A stretch of 62,976 bases of DNA, filler included, from Octopus bimaculoides (taxonomy: Eukaryota): assembly GCF_001194135.2 (NCBI RefSeq). It is 6 parts of 5 records of this genome, joined end to end, with 100 filler letters (N's around TTAATTAATTAA, not from the genome) between each part and the next. Parts side by side here need not be neighbours in the genome. Positions count along the whole stretch, not along the records: positions 45,503 to 53,822 come from NC_068989.1; positions 53,923 to 57,361 come from NW_026309665.1; positions 57,462 to 61,728 come from NC_068996.1; 3 more parts are not named here. One strand, given 5' to 3'. The translations under genes were made by a program, and so were the position numbers. Each line of letters begins with the position of its first letter. The stretch's first letter is position 1. Below the pieces are notes generated by a model that saw only the letters and a program-made list of their open reading frames with translations, was not told where the DNA came from and did no database searches. Below are positions 48,483 to 59,539 of this stretch, one piece after another.

Positions 48483-48700
48483 GTATATGCAACATTCTTC
48501 TTCTGTGGTGGAATACTTGCAATTATTGACTCCAACAGTGCGGTTTCAAGTCCAAACATGGCGCCATTGGCTATTGGTTTGCTTCTTACAGCTGTTGCCA
48601 GTTCTTATGGCTTAAACGGTGGTCCAGCAGTAAACCCAGCATTAGATTTGGGACCACGAATTGTCTTGCTGCTTGCAGGTTGGGGAATAGAACCATTTAC
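48483..48700 (+). CDS. Aquaglyceroporin (MIP family, GlpF/AQP3-7-9-10 type) internal exon encoding TM4-TM5-loop E with the second NPA box
   Basis: Acceptor TTTCTTTATTTCTGCGCAG|, donor AC|GTAAGA, 218 bp, phase 0 to 2. Translation is VYATFFFCGGILAIIDSNSAVSSPNMAPLAIGLLLTAVASSYGLNGGPAVNPALDLGPRIVLLLAGWGIEPFT. The D after NPAx, GPR and the AGWG..F ending are glyceroporin hallmarks. From memory, the boundaries match exon 5 of vertebrate AQP3. No other exons of this gene were found in the window. Confidence 0.95.
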
Positions 48701-49065
48701 GTAAGATTCTTAACCTTATCTCTTTAATTGTATGTTCATATGTGCATGCATAACTCTTCCGCTCCCTCTCTCTCATATGTACATATATGTATATACGTCT
48801 ACATGTATGCGCGCCTGTGTTTGTGTATTCTTTTATCCTTTTATTCTTTTACTTGTTTCAGTCATTAAACTGTTGCCAAGCTGGGGCACTGCCTTGAAAG
48901 AATTTAGTCGAACGAATCTACTATAGGACATTTTTCGAGCCTGGTACATATTCTATCAGTCTCTTACTAAGCGACGAGGACGTAAACGCATCAACACCGG
49001 TTGTCAATTGGTGCTGGTGTGTTTACAGTCACAAAGTTACAAACACACACACACACACACGCACG

Positions 49066-49103
<38 letters not shown>

Positions 49104-49744
49104 TATATACCCCTAATGTAGATCTCNNNNNNNNNNNNNNNNNNNNNNNNNNNNNNNNNNNNNNNNNNNNNNNNNNNNNNNNNNNNNNNNNNNNNNNNNN
49201 NNNNNNNNNNNNNNNNNNNNNNNNNNNNNNNNNNNNNNNNNNNNNNNNNNNNNNNNNNNNNNNNNNNNNNNNNNNNNNNNNNNNNNNNNNNNNNNNNNNN
49301 NNNNNNNNNNNNNNNNNNNNNNNNNNNNNNNNNNNNNNNNNNNNNNNNNNNNNNNNNNNNNNNNNNNNNNNNNNNNNNNNNNNNNNNNNNNNNNNNNNNN
49401 NNNNNNNNNNNNNNNNNNNNNNNNNNNNNNNNNNNNNNNNNNNNNNNNNNNNNNNNNNNNNNNNNNNNNNNNNNNNNNNNNNNNNNNNNNNNNNNNNNNN
49501 NNNNNNNNNNNNNNNNNNNNNNNNNNNNNNNNNNNNNNNNNNNNNNNNNNNNNNNNNNNNNNNNNNNNNNNNNNNNNNNNNNNNNNNNNNNNNNNNNNNN
49601 NNNNNNNNNNNNNNNNNNNNNNNNNNNNNNNNNNNNNNNNNNNNNNNNNNNNNNNNAAGAACATAAATGTGCAACAAGGTGGAAAAAGAGCACTCAAATA
49701 CCAGAGGTAGAGTAATATGCTTCATTTAAAAGCAGCAGAAATAT

Positions 49745-49798
49745 AACAAAAAACTGTTACTCGGAGTTTCACGTTCCGGTTCATCGGACAGTTTTGTT
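49745..49798 (-). ncRNA. Minimal type I hammerhead-ribozyme motif (U4C variant) in a PLE pLTR-like fragment
   Basis: Minus strand reads AACAAAACTGT-CCGATGA-AC(CGGAAC)GT-GAAA-CT(CCG)AG-TA-ACAGTTTT(TT)GTT, giving an 8-11 bp stem I, short stems II and III and a GUA triplet. Confidence 0.6.
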
Positions 49799-50229
49799 AA
49801 AAATGGGAGAGAAATGACGATGCAATCAAAACTAATATAAATTAAAAAACATGGATCTGTTTCATTGGTCGTTTCAAATAACGGTCTTATGTATGCAATG
49901 AACAAAATAAACAAAACAAATGAATTCAATATAGATTCATCCTATTTTTTTAAAATCAAAGAAAACCTTAAATTGAAAAGTGAATTTAAAATACATATTG
50001 TAAATAATTATATTCGAATTAACACATTAAAATTAAAATAAAGTTTACGCTGCATTAAAATAAATAAAAATTTTACAACAGTATACGCATACTAGACTAT
50101 CTACAACATACATATATGCATCAAAATACACAGATTCATACGTACAGACAATATACGTATATAGGCATATATTTGTAAGACATAAATACATGCACGAATA
50201 CACCTGTATACATATACACATATGCACGC

Positions 50230-50690
50230 AATCATGCCCGCGCATGTCTTAAAGCCTTCACTTTATTTTGTAGTCTCGTTTTCCATATTTTTAATCTTTC
50301 CCTGTGAGATATCTAATCTTCTGGTGACTACTACCCCTCCTGCATAGATCAATAAAATAGTGTCTCCTATATTTTTAGCATCTATCCTATTGATAACAGA
50401 ATCTACTTCCCCAGTCATTTCTGGCAGCTTCCTTCTGTTGGTACCTTCCAATGCTGACAATCTTTTTCTTACGTTTTTTACTCATTACCTCTTGCAACTT
50501 ATCTAAACTCTCCTGATCTTCCTCACTTCAATCACTTAACTCGCTGGTGCCAGTTGCCTCTTCCTTATTGATAGCGCTATTATTATTTTATCCTTTAGAT
50601 TCTTCTTTGGTTTGAGCTGTATCTCTTATGTTGTTTTTTTTTCCTATTGACTGGTCTTTCTTTTCCAGTTCTCTATTCTATCTTCACTCC
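50230..50690 (-). mobile_element. R4-clade non-LTR N-terminal fragment
   Basis: KKRLSALEGTNRRKLPEMTGEVDSVINRIDAKNIGDTILLIYAGGVVVTRRL resembles the pre-RT region of R4/Dong-type ORFs. Confidence 0.65.
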
Positions 50691-50739
50691 TAATAATGAA
50701 CCTAATACCGGTTCCTCACTAAATAAATATCCCCTCACA

Positions 50740-52090
50740 AGTTGATACCGAACCCCCCTACAAATCTATGTTGTTTTAGACGCCCAACCTCTTGTCCTTT
50801 AGATAATCGCTGTCTCACAAAAAACATCATTTACAAGTGTACAGTATCAGCTGCCAACTACATATATATATCGGTTTGTGCAGTACCACCTTCAAAGCTA
50901 GAGTGAACAACCACGACTCCAGTTTCAAGTCCCAAACAAAATCCAGCAGTACATCTTTATCTCAGCTTATCCATAAACTAGAGAATTATTCAACTCTTTA
51001 CACTCTTAAGTGGTCCTTAGTCACCCATGCCAAACCATACAGCAGCTATAAGTATGATCTCTGCATAGCCGAGGTCTTAGCTATTGTGCAATCCACGGAT
51101 TGCCTTAACGAACGCAGCAGTATAATCTTTTCTTGCAAACATCGATCACTAAATCTATTCTCAAACTACAAATAACAACCCCCACCCCACCTACATCTTT
51201 TCCCCCTAGCCTTAATACACTTTTACCCCTTATTCATCCTCACTACCACTATATATTAAACCACCAATATATTCCCATTATTTTCCCTTTAGTTCCCTAC
51301 TGTCGTTTATATATTTCTCTTCCCTTTATCTTCCCTTGCCGTTTATGACCTTTTTTCCCTTATTTCTCCTGCCCCCCTCCTACTTTCCTTTGTAAACTTA
51401 CAAGTACAAACGTACACCTCTACTACTTCATACTGTAAACACGCTCGCCGCACACAACAATATACATTTCTTAATTGGTAAAAGTAGATGCTACAATTCT
51501 TTCCCATTCTCTCTTGATATCCATTTCTAATACTACCCCATTTCTTCATCCATACTTTCTCTCCCCATTGACCACAAATATTTCCCCACCCTCTTCCCTC
51601 TTCCCTCCACATTATCTTTTTTCCAAATATCACTCCCCTTGCTAATCTCTGTTATTCGGCCAAAATAGCCCTATTGAATACTACCGGTCAAATGACCTTG
51701 CTTAAATTCCTCATTCTTCTCTCTCCCTTATGTTTTTATTCCTTTTATTCTTTTATTTTTATTCCTAATTCCTCTCTACATTTATATTCTCCACTTTTAC
51801 AGTGCTCTCTACACATTCTAATCGAATCTTCCATGTGTTAACATGTACCTCCTTGCGACCATGTAAACTTGCATTTGATCAAGGTACCCTTGGCCTGACG
51901 AGTAGCCTGCGGTATACACTTCGCTTGGATATTCACCACTTCCGAGGTTCGACTTGCTATGAAACATATGTAGCCCGGATCTTATCTATTCCATTCCATA
52001 ACTCTTGTATTCTTATTCGCATACCCGGCAACCCTGGTCACCTACTGTGAAATATAAAACTAGCTTTTTTCAGTTTATCGCACTTCGATA
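50740..52090 (+). mobile_element. 3' part of a Penelope-like element: GIY-YIG endonuclease plus pyrimidine-rich pLTR
   Basis: CCFRRPTSCPLDNRCLTKNIIYKCTV..NYIYIGLCSTTFKARVNNHDSSFK...LKWSLV...LCIAEVLAI...LNERS...CKHRSLNLFSNYK* (stop at 51173-51175). The downstream non-coding region contains a hammerhead motif. Confidence 0.9.
51892..51975 (+). ncRNA. Type I hammerhead-ribozyme motif with intact core and palindromic stem III
   Basis: GGC-CTGACGA-GTAGC(49 nt)GCTAT-GAAA-CATATG-TA-GCC. The core is canonical and the predicted cleavage is after A51972. Confidence 0.7.
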
Positions 52091-52356
52091 CGAAAAAGAT
52101 CCACCATTGTCCCTGAACGTTCTTTTTCAATATTTACTAAGGATTGCTTGAAACTTAAAATCATCTCACGACGATCACATGCATTCATATCAAAAATAGG
52201 ACCGCAGAAAATATGAAGAGTAAAAATATTATTCTAATATCTTATTTATTTATTTATATTCATAAAATAAGGATAAAAATCACGTTAATGAGCATGGAAA
52301 TAAGCAATTTATATATTAAATTAATAATTATATATATATATATATACTTATTTTAA

Positions 52357-53789
52357 GGGAGAAAGTCGAAACAAGACTTGTCTCGGATCTTTTTGATTTG
52401 ACGGGCAACATTTTTCATTTATGTTTTATGTAGTGTTTTTGGTACCGAAACACTTTCAAACTTCGTATACTTGTATATTTTGTGTTATAGAACAGATAAA
52501 AAATTTTGTATTCGAACTTATTTAATGTTAAAAATTGACTTATTTCGATAATTTCAACCAATCACTGACGTTTATTCAGTTGAATACAGTTACTGATGTG
52601 GCGGTGTATATGGTATTAATCCCTGTTAGTTCTGACATTTCCGATTTACAAGACTGTTCGTAAACACGTGTGTTGCTTATTTTTTCAATTAGCGAAAAAT
52701 TGTTACAAACACAGATACGCACAGCGTAATTTATTATATAAACAATATATGCGTATAAATTAACATTTTTTCTGTAATTTTGTCTGCTTCAAAAGAAAAC
52801 AAACCAAAAAAACCGGATGAAATATGTCAACAGGGAATAACAGTTTTGTCACCGGCAAAAAATTATTGTTTACAAAACAGCAGTAACTGTATTCAGCTGA
52901 ATAGACATCAGTGATTGGTTGAAATTACAGAAATACGACAACTTTAACATGAAATAACTTGCGATGTACAATTTTTTGTTAAGAAGGCTAAGAGAAAAAG
53001 TTATTTTATATGACACATTCTACCAGTGTCCCAAGTTTGAAAGTGTTTCGTTAAGAAAACAAGTGTTGCCCGTCAAACCAAAAAGATCCCTTGTCTCCTC
53101 CATACGGAATTAATGTCCAAACATTACGAAGCTACCTAAAAAAATTCCATAAACACATGCGATTGAAAGCGGGCTAGTGAGAAGATATTTAAAAGGACTC
53201 CACATTAGTTGCAAATTAGCTAATTTCAAGATTATCTTCTTAAACAGATTTTCTTCTATCGTCAACGCAATATATGTAAAAAAAAATATACGAGCAGGTG
53301 TTAATACAAAGCCATAACAAAGCGAGTTTGCACGTCTATGCACAAACACTTGCAAGTATAGATTCGAAAAAGTCAGACTAAAGTCATCTCACGACAACCA
53401 CATGCATTTATATTAAAAAAATAGGACCGCAGAAAATACGGGCTTTTGATGAGGAGTAAAAATATTATACTAATGTTCATTTATTTATTTATATTCATAA
53501 AATAAGGATAAAAATAAGGATAATTATCAGGTAGTCATGCGATTTAAGATTTTAATCTGTTTAAGATTTTAATCTTGAAATTAGCTAATTCGTAATTAAT
53601 TTCATTTTATTTTATTCATTTTATCTAGTTTCAGCTCATGAGCTGTGGCCATGCTGGGGCACCGAAAATATCTTCTTACTAGCCTGCTTTCAATCGCTTA
53701 TATTTATGGAGTTGTTTCGGTAGCTTCATAATGTTTGGACATTAATTCAGTATAAACTGAGGAGATAAGTCTTGTTTCGACTTTATCCC
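52357..53789. mobile_element. Kolobok-like non-autonomous DNA transposon (TTAA TSD, GGG...CCC ends, ~125-bp TIRs)
   Basis: TTAA at 52353-52356 and 53790-53793. The terminal 28 bp match 26/28. Once the nested element is removed, the TIR continues at 53098-53190 versus 53665-53760. Confidence 0.8.
52385..53089. mobile_element. 705-bp non-autonomous DNA transposon nested in the left TIR of the Kolobok-like element (GG termini, 8-bp TSD; possibly Merlin-like)
   Basis: TIR GGATCTTTTTG.TTTGACGGGCAACA (25/26), perfect TSD CTTGTCTC at 52377-52384 and 53090-53097, and further internal inverted blocks (about 52553-52595 vs 52881-52924). Confidence 0.85.
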
Positions 53790-54278
53790 TTAAAAGAATT
53801 ATATATATATATATATATATATNNNNNNNNNNNNNNNNNNNNNNNNNNNNNNNNNNNNNNNNNNNNTTAATTAATTAANNNNNNNNNNNNNNNNNNNNNN
53901 NNNNNNNNNNNNNNNNNNNNNNTACATATGTATTATGTATGTATGTATGTATGTGGTTTACTGTTCCGTTAAGGTAAGATCAGCAAAAAACAAATGCTCC
54001 ATCCAATGAGAGATAAATATCATTTCATGTACACAGCATAAAGATACAAGCTACTAATAGGTTCTTGCTTTGGAGACACGGGTCTAAGCAGGTTTTTAAA
54101 ACGTGCCTTATGTCTCCAAGCAATTTGCGGGCTCTGAGCCCCTGGTGTGTTTTATTTGCAAATCAGGACTCTGGTACCAGCTATCTCATCTGTTGTCCAT
54201 ATTACCATCAGTCGTTCCCCTTCCCCATATTATTCACCGAAACCATCCCTCTACGAGCCACTAAGTCAACTTCTACAT

Positions 54279-54585
54279 CAGTAGTCCTCAATCAGGGTCC
54301 ATATGGCCCTTAAGGGTCCGTATAAACTTTTTGGGGTTTCACGTAACGAAATAGTAAATCGGGGATTGATAATAGCATTTTAAGGGCCCCTGAGAATGTT
54401 TTGCTTTAGTAGTATGTATTGCAATAAGCAGCTGGGTTTCTTTCTCTAACATTTTACATAATAAGAATTTTGAAAAAGTTTGTATAAAACCAATTTTTAG
54501 ACATCGAATGGCTAAGGGAGTCCACTTGAATACACTCGTAATCAAAGGGGTCCATAGATAAAAAAAAAATGGTTGAGATACCCTG
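54279..54585. mobile_element. hAT-type MITE (307 bp)
   Basis: CAG...CTG termini (CAGTAGTCCTCAATC / GGTTGAGATACCCTG) and a perfect 8-bp TSD TTCTACAT at 54271-54278 and 54586-54593. Confidence 0.88.
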
Positions 54586-54769
54586 TTCTACATGGTTAAT
54601 AGACTAGCTAGAAATAGCAGCCACATTTCCCACAAATATGATAACACCGTTTTAGAACAACATATTGTGCTCTGTCTAACCGATTTTCATGTGCATGGGT
54701 TAAAAGGGGTGGTCAAGGATGGAATACATTTGATCATGAGTGTACTCACTAAGGAATAGGTAGGAATAA

Positions 54770-55232
54770 AAGGCCAAAATAATGGTTGCAAATTTTGCCA
54801 CAAGAGCAACAATTTTGGGGAAGGAGATAGTCGAATACATCGACCTCAGTATTTAACTGGTACGTATTTCATCGATACCGAAAGGATGAAAAGTGAAGTC
54901 GACCTCGGCGGAATTTGAACTCAAAACATAGCGACAGACGAAATACCGTTAAGCATTTCGTCCAGCGCGCTAACGATTCTGTCAGCTTGCCACTTTAAAA
55001 GCAGCTAAAATAAGAAACGTTATTATCGTTATTAACGCAACATATAATATCAATGTTATTATCTAAGGTGGCGAGCTGGCAGAATCGTTAACACGCCGAG
55101 CGAAATGCTTTGCAGCGTTTCGCTTGTGTTTTTTAGTTCTGGGTTCAAATTTCGCCGAGGTCGACTTTGCCTTTCATCCTTCTAATGTCGATAAAATAAG
55201 TACCAGTTGCATACTGGGGTTGATGTAATCGG
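54770..55232. mobile_element. Two SINE family A copies in divergent orientation (54770-54998 minus, 55066-55232 plus)
   Basis: Family A core on opposite strands, about 70 bp apart. Confidence 0.85.
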
Positions 55233-55239
55233 TTTGCTC

Positions 55240-56300
55240 ACATCATCTTCATCATCATCATCTTCAACACCACCATCATTATCTTCATCATCATCATCAT
55301 CAACCTCACCGCCACCACTACCACGATCATCATCATCGTCATTATCACCACCACCAACACCATTATCATCATCGTCACCCGCATCATCATCATCATCGTC
55401 ACCACCACCAACACCATTATCATCATCGTCACCACCACCACCACCATCAACATCATCGTCACCACCACCAACACCATTATCATCATCGTCACCACCANNN
55501 NNNNNNNNNNNNNNNNNNNNNNNNNNNNNNNNNNNNNNNNNNNNNNNNNNNNNNNNNNNNNNNNNNNNNNNNNNNNNNNNNNNNNNNNNNNNNNNNNNNN
55601 NNNNNNNNNNNNNNNNNNNNNNNNNNNNNNNNNNNNNNNNNNNNNNNNNNNNNNNNNNNNNNNNNNNNNNNNNNNNNNNNNNNNNNNNNNNNNNNNNNNN
55701 NNNNNNNNNNNNNNNNNNNNNNNNNNNNNNNNNNNNNNNNNNNNNNNNNNNNNNNNNNNNNNNNNNNNNNNNNNNNNNNNNNNNNNNNNNNNNNNNNNNN
55801 NNNNNNNNNNNNNNNNNNNNNNNNNNNNNNNNNNNNNNNNNNNNNNNNNNNNNNNNNNNNNNNNNNNNNNNNNNNNNNNNNNNNNNNNNNNNNNNNNNNN
55901 NNNNNNNNNNNNNNNNNNNNNNNNNNNNNNNNNNNNNNNNNNNNNNNNNNNNNNNNNNNNNNNNNNNNNNNNNNNNNNNNNNNNNNNNNNNNNNNNNNNN
56001 NNNNNNNNNNNNNNNNNNNNNNNNNNNNNNNNNNNNNNNNNTAATAATAACAGCAGCAACGGCATCAACATTCTAAAAAATCCCGCATAAACGACACAGG
56101 GAAAAAATACAATCAAAAACTTTACAGCCAGTACCACTAACAACGTGACCAGTACTAGCATCACCATTACCCTCATCACCCTGAACACCACCACCACCAA
56201 CAACAACGCAACAACAATATCTGCAGCAACAACAACAGCAACACCATCATCACAAGTACCACAACTGCGCCTCCAACACCACTATCACTACGTCGAAAGC
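55240..56300. repeat. (CAT/CAC)n-rich degenerate minisatellite spanning an N gap
   Basis: Recurrent unit ACCACCACCAACACCATTATCATCATCGTC. Confidence 0.85.
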
Positions 56301-56523
56301 TATCACCAGCTTCATTACAACCACCAACGCCAACGACACCAGGGTCTTTGGCAATATAATTACTTTAAACATGAAAATAATAGGATTTCCATGAACGCCA
56401 GAGTGGCCAGCATCTTCGTAATTAAACACAAAAGGGCATTGCTAGCAAAAGACGGAAGAATTTAACACTCATATAAACACAAACACGCGTACATACACAC
56501 GCATAATATATATACGCATACAC

Positions 56524-56561
<38 letters not shown>

Positions 56562-56696
56562 ATATACAACCATATATATATGTATATACATACATACATG
56601 CGTATATATATGTATATAAATACGTGTGTGTGTGTATATATACATATATGTATATATATATACACATACATATATATATGTATAAAAATACATGTT

Positions 56697-56752
<56 letters not shown>

Positions 56753-57330
56753 CATGCATATATATATTCATATATATATATGTATTCATATATATATATA
56801 TACATATTCATATATATATACATACATGTATATAACCTTATTTGTGTGTGTATGCATATGTATGTATGTATATGTATGCAAAATATGCAACCAAATTGAT
56901 ATACACGCATATACGGCGATTCCCACATGCACATGCACATGCCCAAACATGAGAGAGAAGTAAAAAAGGAAAATAAATACAGAAATTAAACAAACAGACG
57001 GGTGAACGATCGAACACAAAATACAAAACGAGGACGAAAATCCATTGTGGATCATTCACCGGAAACTAAATCGACGCCTGCGCATCAAGAAATATCGATG
57101 AACAACATTCCTCCATATTGACAGTAGCAGGTCTCACGTGAAATTGTATTTCTCGCTCCTTCACTACATTAAACTATCTTAGAATATATTTTGAAACTTT
57201 TTACTGGTTTTAATTGATTTGCTGGGTGTTGGTGCTGTTGATGGTGGTGGTTGTGGGGATATATTTGTTGTACACCCACACGCATTCTGCCATCTCTACC
57301 ACATCCTTTTACGCACATACACACAAAGTA

Positions 57331-57361
<31 letters not shown>

Positions 57362-57461
57362 NNNNNNNNNNNNNNNNNNNNNNNNNNNNNNNNNNNNNNN
57401 NNNNNTTAATTAATTAANNNNNNNNNNNNNNNNNNNNNNNNNNNNNNNNNNNNNNNNNNNN

Positions 57462-57720
57462 GCGGGTGGCACATAAAAGACACCATTTTGAGCGTGGCCG
57501 TTGCCAGTATCGCCTGACTGGCCTTCGTGCAGGTGACACGTAAAAGCACCTACTACACTCACTGAGTGGTTGGCGTTAGGAAGGGCATCCAGCTGTAGAA
57601 ACTCTGCCAAATTTAGATTGGAGCCTGGTGTTGCCATCCGGTTTCACCAGTCCTCAGTCAAGTCATCCAACCCATGCTAGCATGGAAAGCGGACGTTAAA
57701 CGATGATGATGATGATGATG
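57462..57720 (+). mobile_element. SINE family E (ends ...CAACCCATGCTAGCATGGAAAGCGGACGTTAAACGATGATGATG)
   Basis: A second copy is at about 61830-62000. The (GAT)n tail is typical of RTE-partnered SINEs (inference). Confidence 0.85.
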
Positions 57721-59539
57721 TGTTATGGGTGGTGATAACCGGGTTTGTGGTTGATACAGCAAGTTTGGAACTGGAGAACATGTCAACTATTCCTAAATAA
57801 ATTTGTCTTTCCTAGAGTCAACAAAACATCTTCATTTAGATATGTACCAATTGACTATTGACCCAACAGTCTGGTTTGTTACTCAGATAATCAATTTACT
57901 TTCATTATGTCTCATGCAGAGCAGAAGAGAAAAGTTGTGCATTCTTAGCATCAATTAAAGAATAGAGAAATGTTGAAAATGAGAAGGACAGTGAAAAACA
58001 ATGGTTGTGAGGTAAAGTTGCTGGCCTACTAGCTATGTAGTTGGGAGTTCAAACCTACTATATACAACCATTGAACTATGCCCTGAAGTAGGTTTAATAT
58101 TCAGCTTACCACACATTACCTCACAATATGATCAGATAATCTGTGTGGTTACTTGCCTTGGTAGAAATAGCAGCCAAATTTTTCTTAGATCAGACACTAC
58201 CATCTATAAAAAATGGTTCTGTTCAAAGTGGTTGATTGAGAAGAAATTGCACTCTTATCTCACTATTAAGTGGTTAGGATTTGGAAGGACATCCAGCTTA
58301 TAAAATTTATTCCAAAACACTACAGTATCCATGCTAAGAAGTGGGGGAAAATGGGTATAAAAACAGAAATATATAAAATATCCATTTCTTCAAGATGTAT
58401 ACACTCAATTTACTTAAGTGAAGCAGCCATTTGTGAAAGCCTTATCTAGTTTCTAATTTATAAAAATCTGCCCCTGTTAAGCAATTATTATGCAGTTTGT
58501 GGCATTCATGTGTTTAGTCATAATACACACATGTATATTTGTCATCATCAGGGTACATGTCCCTACAACTGGCTGTATCCAGCCTGGTCAAAGTTACTTT
58601 CATCTTGGATAACCTCTTGTATGTTGTTAGTCTTGTGGGCATTATTCTGTTAGCTGTTCAAGGATAAAAGATAAAGCTTCTTCCTGAGTCATATAGCCTC
58701 ATAGGGCCAGTTTCCTGGTGTCCATGGTGCATATATTTCACCCTGGGCAGGTCACCAGACCTTTGCAGGAATACTCATTTTGATGCCAACTGAATGGACT
58801 GGAGATATATGAACACAAAGCATTACCTGGTCCAGGAATCGAAACCACAATCTTTTGATCATGAATCCACACATTCATTAATCACTAAATCATGTGCCTC
58901 CCTTGTCACCTGTTTGGTCTACTTACACTTCTGTTGCTTGAAAAGAATCGATTATGTTGATGACCACTATCCTCTCTCAGATCCAACTGGCTCTTTTTTC
59001 TTTTTGTTTTTGTCATATAGTATCTGTTACATCATAATATATTCCATGACTCCATCTTGGATGGTGACTAATCATTGTGAGCTTTCTTTATCAGCCTTAC
59101 TGATATGCTTCATCATCACATCATCATCCTTTAATGTCTGTTTTCCATGCTGGCATGGGTTGGACAGTTTGTCATAATGGAGTCCAGCTTGCTGAATGCA
59201 ACCCAGTTGCTGGTTGCAATATTTTGTTGCCAAGTTATCATAGAAACCATAGGCATCAAATTCTTTAAACTCCTTATCTTGATGTTGATTCTGATGATTG
59301 TTCTATCCGACATGGTATTATTTAATCTTTTACTTGTTTCACTCATTAGACTTTGGACAGGCTGGGGCTCTACCTTAAAGAATTTTGTACTCAAATGAAT
59401 TGACCCCAGTACTTATTTATTTTCAAACCTAGTACTTATTCTATTAGTTGCATTTGCTGAACCACTAAGTTACAGGGACATAAATACACCAACACTGGTT
59501 GAGGATAAACAAACACATACACATCGCATTTATATATAT

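Noticed and set aside
53950-53980. WFTVPL followed by GTAAG as the aquaporin final exon (W-x-x-VP motif)
   Set aside because: It is preceded by a (TATG)n microsatellite with no acceptor, the frame stops immediately, and it is beyond a scaffold spacer.
56230-56460. PPTPLSLRRKLSPASLQPPTPTTPGSLAI* (plus) or QCPFVFNYEDAGHSGVHGNPIIFMFK (minus) as exons
   Set aside because: The first derives from the adjacent CCACCAACACCATTATCA minisatellite unit. The second has only moderate splice signals and no supporting partner.
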